Shown piece by piece: positions 57,794 to 64,000 of a stretch of DNA of 64,000 bases. A program made the translations under genes and the position numbers. The DNA is taken from the NCBI GenBank assembly GCA_016871275.1, contig VFZG01000012.1, positions 4,646-68,645 of the forward strand, given 5' to 3'. The DNA comes from Acidimicrobiia bacterium. Its GTDB lineage: Bacteria > Acidobacteriota > Vicinamibacteria > Vicinamibacterales > UBA2999. The notes under the pieces are model-generated. The model searched no databases. It had not been told where the DNA came from and saw only the letters and a list, made by a program, of their open reading frames with translations. How positions within the stretch are numbered: position 1 is the first letter of the stretch; each line of letters opens with the position of its first letter.

Positions 57794-60619
57794 TCAGAAG
57801 TTCAGCGAGAAGCCGACGCGGATGGTGCGCGGCGACAGAATCGGGTCGCCGCCCGACGGGAGCAGGTAGCTGCCGCCCACGGCCGTCGTGTGATTGACCA
57901 CCGTGTCGGCGTTGGTGATGTTGAAGAAGTCGATCTGCGGCGTGAAGTTGCGCGCGCCGAAGCGGAACGACTTGGACAGGCGCAGGTCGGCCATGACGAC
58001 GTTGTCGTAGCGCTCTTCGCCGCGCTTGCTGAGCTGAATGGTCTGGCTGGCGCGGATCAACGTGATGCCCTGCGCCGCGGCCGCCGCCCGAGTCAGGTTG
58101 AAGGTCGACACATACGGATAGCCATTGTTGGCGACCACCGAGCCCGAGAAGCTGATGTCCCACGGCAGCGTGTAGCTGCCCGACACGCGCAACGCCTGTT
58201 CGGAGTCGTTGCCGATGATGCCGGTTGGGAAGCGGGTATTGTTCGGATCGTTCAGGTCCGTTCCGCCCGAGACACCGCCTTCGTTCTTGCCAAGCGTGAA
58301 TCCGGCCTGCATCTGCCACTTGCGCGAAAACCGCTTGGTGGCGGTGAACTCGACGCCCTTATAGGTCGTATCGAGGTAATCGACGTTGTCGCGAACGTTG
58401 GCGGCCAAGGTGTTGGCGGCGGCGCTGATGTTGTAGACCGTCGCCGTGGTCGGCCGTGGGTTGGCAACGGTGCCACCGGGACCGTTCGCGATGGTCACCG
58501 TGTGGGCCGTGTAGGCCGACGCCGGCTGCAGCGTGTTGATCTGTCCCATCTGCTTGCGGTTGGTGCGGTAGTAGAACATCGCACCCATGCGAACGGCGCC
58601 CGGCAACTCCGTCTCAATGCCGGCGGTGATTTCGTCCGAGTACGGCCAGTCAACGCCGTCGGCGGCGTAGCCGGTCACCGAGCCACCGCTGAACGCCGGG
58701 CACGCACCGGTGATTTCACCCGCGTCGAAGCGGCGGTTGTTGTTCAAGTCGCTCCACGGGCAGTCACGCGATCCGACGGTGAGCGGGTTGACGTTGGTGA
58801 CGCGGTCGATGCCCACCTGCACACCGTAGCGGCTCACGCTCGCCTTGAGCGCGGTGCGGCCGCTGCCGGTCAGGTCGTACGACGCGCCGGCGCGCCACAC
58901 GGCAATGCTCTGATCAATGACTTCCCGCGCCGCCACCGTTCGGGGGGTACCGAACGTGCCGCCCGGCGCCGACTGCGCCGGCAGCCGGCCCACATAGCGG
59001 TCCCAGCGCGCGCCGACATTCAGCGTCAGGCGGTTCATGGACCACGCGTCCTGCAGGAAGAACCCGGTCACCGTCGCCACGTTCTCCGAGAACGCCGGCG
59101 AATTCCACTGGCGAACCGAGACCGGCACGCGATTGTTGTAGACCAGCCAGTGATCGTTCAACACCGAGTAATCCGAGCCGTAGTAGAGGCGGCTCCACTG
59201 CACGCCCGCCTTGAACAAGTGCTCGCCACCGAACCCGCTCTTGCCGAAGGTGAAGACGTTGTCGAACTGGGTGCGGGAGTTCGGCTGGTGGTCTTCACGC
59301 GTCGACGCGTTGAACACCTCGGTGGTGCCGGTATCGATGATGCGGACCAGCGACCGATCGGTTTCGGGCTGATAGGTATAGTCGGTCTGGCCGTCCATCA
59401 CGCTGAAGCTCGACTCGTAGACCAGGCCGCCCCTGATCCCCGTGTACTTCGCCTGAGTGGTCTGCACCGGGTTGCCCTGCACGACCGAGGCGATGTCGGG
59501 GATGATGTCGTTGCTGTCGCGCCGATGGCCGCGGATCTTGTTGTTCCAGAAGTAGCTGCCCATCAGCTTCTGGTTGGCGGTGAGCTGATAGACGAGCTTG
59601 CCGGAGTAGTTCTTCAAGTCGTTGTCGTCGAGCGCCTGCGAACCGTCGGCGTTGGTGGCGTTGACGAACTTGTTGACGATCCACTTGCGGACCGTGCCGT
59701 TGAGCCACAGCTTGTTCTGAATCAGCGCGCCGCCGCCGGCGACGTTGAAGTCATAGGTGACGTCGGTGGCGTTGCCGCGGAAACTCGGCACGAGCCGCCG
59801 CGTCGCGGCGAAGTTGTCTGACTGCAGAGCGTTGTTCGCGAAGCTGTATCGGACGTTGGCCTTCCACTGATTGCCGCCGTCCTTGGTGACCATGTTGATG
59901 TTGATGCCGCCGGCCAGCATTTCCGCCGGAATCGCCGAGGTCATGTAGTTGACCTCTTCGAACATACCCTGGTCGTAGTACACCATCGTCGCGCCGCCGC
60001 CGCCGCCCGGCCAGTTCACCGTGGCGCCGTCGATGTTGTAGCTGACGTCCGCCGTGCTCGAGCCGTGCGCCGACATGCTGCTCTGCTGCATCGACTGCGT
60101 GCCGCCGACGTCATAGGTCCCCACCTGGACGCCGGGAATCAGCTTCGCAAGCGACCACGGATCGCGGCCCGTCGGGATGCCTTCCAGAATCTCCTGGTTC
60201 ATCACGGTCTGCTGCACGTTCGAACGCACGTCGACGGTCGGCGACTCACCGGTCACGGTAATCGTCTCGGCCAGCGAGCCGACTTCCATCTTGGCGTTGA
60301 TCGTCGCCACGAACGCCGCGCTGATGCGGATGTCCTGGCGCTCCACGTTCCGGAAGCCCTGGAGTTCGAATTTCACGGTGTAGGCGCCCGGAACGAGGCG
60401 ATCGAAGCGATAGGCGCCAGTGGTGTCGCTGACCTGGGTCTGTGGCCCGCCGATCAGACGGTCGCCGGACAGCGTGATGGTGGCACCTGGCAACACCGCG
60501 CCGCTCGCGTCGGTGACGACGCCGGCGATCGAGCCGGTCGTGACCTGCGCGGACGCAAGGGGGGTGGCTAAAAAGACGGCCAGACTCGCAAATACAAGGA
60601 TCCGACGAACAGATGTCAT
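57794..60619 (-). CDS. TonB-dependent receptor with N-terminal carboxypeptidase-regulatory-like domain
   Basis: An internal ATG (60617-60619, GGAGGAAGAGG SD) and a signal peptide. Then TGSIAGVVTDASGAVLPGATITL...YRFDRLVPGAYTV, a plug and barrel, and a terminal ...VGFSLNF. Confidence 0.9.
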   Translation of the reverse strand: MTSVRRILVFASLAVFLATPLASAQVTTGSIAGVVTDASGAVLPGATITLSGDRLIGGPQTQVSDTTGAYRFDRLVPGAYTVKFELQGFRNVERQDIRISAAFVATINAKMEVGSLAETITVTGESPTVDVRSNVQQTVMNQEILEGIPTGRDPWSLAKLIPGVQVGTYDVGGTQSMQQSSMSAHGSSTADVSYNIDGATVNWPGGGGGATMVYYDQGMFEEVNYMTSAIPAEMLAGGININMVTKDGGNQWKANVRYSFANNALQSDNFAATRRLVPSFRGNATDVTYDFNVAGGGALIQNKLWLNGTVRKWIVNKFVNATNADGSQALDDNDLKNYSGKLVYQLTANQKLMGSYFWNNKIRGHRRDSNDIIPDIASVVQGNPVQTTQAKYTGIRGGLVYESSFSVMDGQTDYTYQPETDRSLVRIIDTGTTEVFNASTREDHQPNSRTQFDNVFTFGKSGFGGEHLFKAGVQWSRLYYGSDYSVLNDHWLVYNNRVPVSVRQWNSPAFSENVATVTGFFLQDAWSMNRLTLNVGARWDRYVGRLPAQSAPGGTFGTPRTVAAREVIDQSIAVWRAGASYDLTGSGRTALKASVSRYGVQVGIDRVTNVNPLTVGSRDCPWSDLNNNRRFDAGEITGACPAFSGGSVTGYAADGVDWPYSDEITAGIETELPGAVRMGAMFYYRTNRKQMGQINTLQPASAYTAHTVTIANGPGGTVANPRPTTATVYNISAAANTLAANVRDNVDYLDTTYKGVEFTATKRFSRKWQMQAGFTLGKNEGGVSGGTDLNDPNNTRFPTGIIGNDSEQALRVSGSYTLPWDISFSGSVVANNGYPYVSTFNLTRAAAAAQGITLIRASQTIQLSKRGEERYDNVVMADLRLSKSFRFGARNFTPQIDFFNITNADTVVNHTTAVGGSYLLPSGGDPILSPRTIRVGFSLNF

Positions 60620-60739
60620 GCCTCTTCCTCCGAAGTGAACGACAGGAAACGGTTTACGCACCGTCCAATTGATTCTTCTGATGGCGGTATTGTCGCCCAA
60701 AGCGCCCGGAAATTGTCACCGGTCTTCAGAGAAATTTCG

Positions 60740-61232
60740 GGACGAAGCGCGGGTTCATACCTTCGGCTCCATTTTGGGCTGGAAATTCGACTTCAGCCAT
60801 GCGGCTGATCCAAATGTTTGGTGTGGGGGCTGCCGGACGGGGATTCCTGCACGTTCTGGCGTATGGGCGACGTGGTGATCACGACAACCTTCCACGCCTA
60901 CCAGGACGTGAACGGCATCAAGCTGCCGGCGCGCATCACCACCAAGGTGGACGACTTCACCACCTCCGAGATCACGTGCCGAGGGCATGACGGTGATCAC
61001 GCAGGCGGTGGTCGCGTATCACCTGGCCGGCAACCCGCATTCCGACACCATGCCGATGGTCTACATCCCGCGGGATCGGCTGCTGGTCGAGGTGGATGCC
61101 TTCAGCGAGGCGTCGGCGGCGCATCCGTATGCGGCCAACCTGCTTGAAAACATTCAGAAGCGACACCTGCGCGTTGATAGAATCGTGCCGCTGTCCGCGC
61201 TCGAGAAGGCCGTCGGAGCAAAGGGGAACTGA
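60740..61232 (+). pseudogene. Remnant of an MBL-fold hydrolase (frameshifted, internally deleted)
   Basis: Pieces lie in different frames. They include ...GDVVITTTFHAYQDVNGIKLPARITTKV... and VITQAVVAYH-LAGNPHSDTMPMVYIPRDRLLVEVDAF...VDRIVPL. There is no intact HxHxDH motif. Confidence 0.45.
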
Positions 61233-62053
61233 TGCGCGTTGTGTGTGCCGGTGTGTTCGTGTTGGTCGCGTCGATGGCGTCGGCGCAGACCGCCGCCGAG
61301 AAGCCGTTCGTGCCGGTGTCGGGCCAGGCCGGCAAGGATGTCGTGTGGGTGCCGTCTCCCCCTGACATGGTCAACAAGATGATGGAGCTCGGCAACGTCA
61401 CGGACCAGGACTTCGTGATGGACCTTGGCTCCGGCGACGGCCGCAACATCATTGCCGCCGCGAAGCGTGGCGCGCGCGGGCTCGGCGTGGAATTCAACCC
61501 CGACATGGTGGCGCTGTCGCGCCGGCTCGCGCAGGAAGCCGGCGTGGCCGACAAGGCACAGTTCGTCGAGTACGACATGTACGAGTACGACATTTCGAAG
61601 GCCACGGTGATGGCGCTGTTCCTGCTGCCGGTGAACATGAATCTGCTGGCGCCGAAGTTCTACAACCTGGCGCCTGGCTCCCGCATTGTCGCCAACACCT
61701 TCGGCATTGAGGGCTGGGAACCCGACGAGCGCGTCACGTTGCCGCCGGCATCGGAGTGCGAGAGCTGGTGCGAGGCGTTGCTGTGGGTGGTCCCGGCGAA
61801 GATCGCCGGCACGTGGTCCATGGGCAACGGCACCATGACGCTGACGCAGGAATGGCAGATGGTGCAAGGCACCATCAACGCCGGCAACGGCTCGCAGCCG
61901 GTGGCCATGGGACGCCTGCGCGGCCTCGACCTGAGCTTCACGTCAGATGGCACCACCTTCAAGGGCACGGTCGGTGCCGACGGCAGAACCATCACCGGCA
62001 CGGCCACGGCCGCCAACGGCACAACCACTGCGTGGAAGGCTAGTAAGAAGTGA
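61232..62053 (+). CDS. Class I SAM-dependent methyltransferase with N-terminal signal peptide
   Basis: MRVVCAGVFVLVASMASAQT, then the motif I sequence VMDLGSGDGRNII and GVEFNPDMV. The C-terminal part is a beta-rich domain. Confidence 0.8.
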   Translation: MRVVCAGVFVLVASMASAQTAAEKPFVPVSGQAGKDVVWVPSPPDMVNKMMELGNVTDQDFVMDLGSGDGRNIIAAAKRGARGLGVEFNPDMVALSRRLAQEAGVADKAQFVEYDMYEYDISKATVMALFLLPVNMNLLAPKFYNLAPGSRIVANTFGIEGWEPDERVTLPPASECESWCEALLWVVPAKIAGTWSMGNGTMTLTQEWQMVQGTINAGNGSQPVAMGRLRGLDLSFTSDGTTFKGTVGADGRTITGTATAANGTTTAWKASKK

Positions 62054-62082
62054 GAAGTGAGAGGTGAGAAGTCACTTCTCCC
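62044..62082. repeat. GTGAGAA heptamer element (copy C, short right arm)
   Basis: taagaa gtgagaa gtgagag gtgagaa gtcacttctccc. It contains both convergent stops (62051-62053 and 62072-62074). Confidence 0.6.
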
Positions 62083-63370
62083 TGAGCTTGTCCATCGCAA
62101 CCGTGTAGGCCCGACGACCCGATTGCGGGTCGTAGACGATCACGGGCATCAGCTTGCCGCGAATGCGATCGGGGTTCGATCGCGCGTAGGCCATCAGCGT
62201 CGTCGCCAGCAGCTGCTGCGACCCCTCCTCCAGGCCGGCACGGGGGACGCCGCACAGCAGGTCGTTCATCGACACGTCCCACGCTTCTCCCCACAGCAAC
62301 GCGTCGACGACCGTGCCCTTCACGACGTTGTGCGAGAAGTTGAAGTAGAACGACAGCGGCGAGTACGCCGTGTCGGTGGGCCGATAACGCTCGAAGGCGG
62401 CGAGCAACGCCGGCTTGTGCGCGGTGAATCCGTCGACCAGCCGCGCACGATCGGCCCCCGACTCCGACAGTGATTGCGGCGGCGTGCCAATGAAGGCGCG
62501 CGCATCCGCGGTCAGCCCGTTGAGCAACGCTTCCTCGATCACGCGGCGATCCCTGTCCACCGTCGCCTCGGCGGAACCGGAGCGATTCTCGGTGCCCGCG
62601 TCGGCCAGCCGCGCATACTCCCCCATCACCGACGCCAGCGCGAAGCACAGCCACGGGTAGTCGGCGACGTTGTCGTCGCGCAGCAGCGAGGTGTCGCGGC
62701 CACATTGTGCCTCGAAGCCAAAGCGCAGGTGACACCCCAGGCTCTGCGCGTGGCCGAGGCCAATGCGAAACTGGTGCGCCTCGTCCAGCGTTCGGACGTT
62801 CGCGAGCAGCTTCGCATAGCCCCACTCCTCTGGCTCGTAGTGCGAGGTGCCGATCAGCATCAGCGTCTCGGCATCGGCAGCGAACTGCTGGCCGCTGCCG
62901 TTCGGGCCCTGCAGCTCCCGCAGCATCGCGTTGAGACGATCGAAGTTCTCGTTGGGATCGCCGTCATCCCACACCCGCATCGTCAGCAGCGCGAGCACGT
63001 GCATGAAGTAGTAGTCGAGCAGAATCGCCGGCTCGAGGCTGGAGGCCGGCTCGGCGCCGCGCTGATCGGCGACGAACTGCAGCACGTCGATCGGAATGAT
63101 GTCGGCATTGGTCCGCTGGGCCACGCCGTCCCAGTCGTGCAGAATATTGAATCCCTCGGCGCGGGTCCGGCCGTCGGACGAGCGAATCATCTTGTCGAGG
63201 AAGATCTGATGGCGGCCCGCCCGGAACTTGTTGGCGCGCATCGCATCGCGCAAGCCGGTCAGCGTGGCGCCAAGGGTCTTGCCGGACAGGCCAGAGACAA
63301 TGTCGCGACGCACGGAGCCGGTAAGGGCCGCCTCGACCTGGTCGCAGGCTTGTGCGAAGGAGATGTTCAT
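62072..63370 (-). CDS. Hypothetical 432-aa protein, family not recognised
   Basis: Long track ORF with ordinary coding composition (not an Arg-rich shadow). Predicted mostly helical. Confidence 0.7.
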   Translation of the reverse strand: MNISFAQACDQVEAALTGSVRRDIVSGLSGKTLGATLTGLRDAMRANKFRAGRHQIFLDKMIRSSDGRTRAEGFNILHDWDGVAQRTNADIIPIDVLQFVADQRGAEPASSLEPAILLDYYFMHVLALLTMRVWDDGDPNENFDRLNAMLRELQGPNGSGQQFAADAETLMLIGTSHYEPEEWGYAKLLANVRTLDEAHQFRIGLGHAQSLGCHLRFGFEAQCGRDTSLLRDDNVADYPWLCFALASVMGEYARLADAGTENRSGSAEATVDRDRRVIEEALLNGLTADARAFIGTPPQSLSESGADRARLVDGFTAHKPALLAAFERYRPTDTAYSPLSFYFNFSHNVVKGTVVDALLWGEAWDVSMNDLLCGVPRAGLEEGSQQLLATTLMAYARSNPDRIRGKLMPVIVYDPQSGRRAYTVAMDKLREK

Positions 63371-63395
63371 CTGGTTGCCGGTTAGAATACCCTGC

Positions 63396-63430
63396 AGGAA
63401 CTGGGAACCAGGAATTAGGGATTAGGGACT
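63396..63430. repeat. Five tandem heptamers GGRAYYA
   Basis: ggaactg ggaacca ggaatta gggatta gggacta. The array spans the spacer between the HD-domain gene stop and the start of the 432-aa gene. Confidence 0.6.
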
Positions 63431-64000
63431 AGCCGCGCGGCCGCGTCATGAGTAGCAGCTGGTCGACCGCCTCCTGGAGATCGCGCGTCAGCTGCGAACG
63501 ATACCGGCGCACCAGCGTGTGGGCGACGGTTTCGTAGTACCACAGCGTGCCATCACGCTTGCCGTGGAATCGATCCCAGATCTCTTCGCCGTGCTCGCGA
63601 TAATCGCGGATGATCGCGCGCACGTTGTGCAGCTTGTCCGCCGCCGACACCAGGCAGATCGACGGGCTCGCGTTCTCGAGGTGCGCAAGGTAGTTCTCCT
63701 TGCGTTCGAGCCACGGCAGCTGGTCTTCCGGATCTTCGACCAGGCTGTCGCTGCACCCGAGGACGATATCGGCGACCGCGTCGCCGTAGGCGGCGCGAAT
63801 CTCGGCCAGCGTCGCTTCGCCACCGCCGTCCTCTGCGGCGTCGTGCAGCAGCGCGGCGATTGCTTCGTCTTCGCCGGCGCCATATTCAATCGCCAGCGCC
63901 GTCACACCGAGAATGTGCGCGATGTAGGGAATGCCGGTGCCCTTGCGCACCTGGGCGTGGTGAACCTGATGCGCGTATGCCATTGCCGACGCAAACCGCC
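63429..64000 (-). CDS. HD-domain phosphohydrolase (SpoT/small-alarmone-hydrolase-like), probably 5'-partial
   Basis: HQVHHAQVRKGTGIPYIAHILGV...LLHDAAED. The frame stays open upstream of the listed ATG (63983) to the window edge (RFASA...). Confidence 0.8.
   Translation of the reverse strand, partial: RFASAMAYAHQVHHAQVRKGTGIPYIAHILGVTALAIEYGAGEDEAIAALLHDAAEDGGGEATLAEIRAAYGDAVADIVLGCSDSLVEDPEDQLPWLERKENYLAHLENASPSICLVSAADKLHNVRAIIRDYREHGEEIWDRFHGKRDGTLWYYETVAHTLVRRYRSQLTRDLQEAVDQLLLMTRPRG

Noticed and set aside
60620-60830. A riboswitch (cobalamin) or Fur/Zur-type box upstream of the TonB-dependent receptor. I noticed GGAAATT-like repeats and GAAATTTC.
   Set aside because: I could recognise no B12-box or Fur-box consensus. 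The repeats are short and AT-rich within the most AT-rich spacer, so they are compatible with chance or promoter elements.

Overview
High-GC bacterial chromosomal DNA (about two-thirds G+C by eye, not computed). The protein families suggest an Acidobacteriota-like organism: a CarboxypepD_reg-type TonB receptor, a LysW carrier pathway and lhr-nei. This is inference only. The window is mostly core metabolism. In order it contains a TPR gene; an LPS-core operon (trm112-like, GT9 heptosyltransferase, O-antigen-ligase-like, heptose-7-P kinase); purH; cspA; two hypothetical genes; selA coupled to a GGDEF cyclase; a small decayed pocket; a 12-kb complex I operon; gene remnants; lhr-nei; a TerC-family gene; yajQ; a pseudouridine synthase; an SDR; an M20 amidohydrolase; an sdhCAB operon; osmC and glbO; a large membrane protein; proline dehydrogenase; an MFS transporter; a lysW-X-Y-Z-J-K cluster; an FMN hydroxyacid oxidase; pirin; a TonB receptor / small protein / NRAMP-like operon; and a secreted methyltransferase. 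I saw no rRNA, tRNA, CRISPR, transposase, integrase, prophage or recognisable defence or toxin system. I therefore do not claim a novel multigene system. Four things stand out. (1) The nuo operon lacks nuoG and nuoI, has a fused nuoE-nuoF, and carries gmhA between nuoC and nuoD. (2) Locus-specific 7-9-nt tandem arrays recur at gene boundaries, often mirrored into long hairpins. Several supply the stop codons and last residues of convergent genes. They include a GTGAGAA element at three junctions, a ~200-bp heptamer palindrome, and a 21-unit octamer array. Some sit in frame inside lysY and lysK. (3) A ~29-nt GGGGCCAGCCCC-core dispersed repeat is present in four copies. (4) There are several decayed genes, two of them with in-frame TAG. 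All coordinates come from manual reading plus the ORF track, and no database search was possible.
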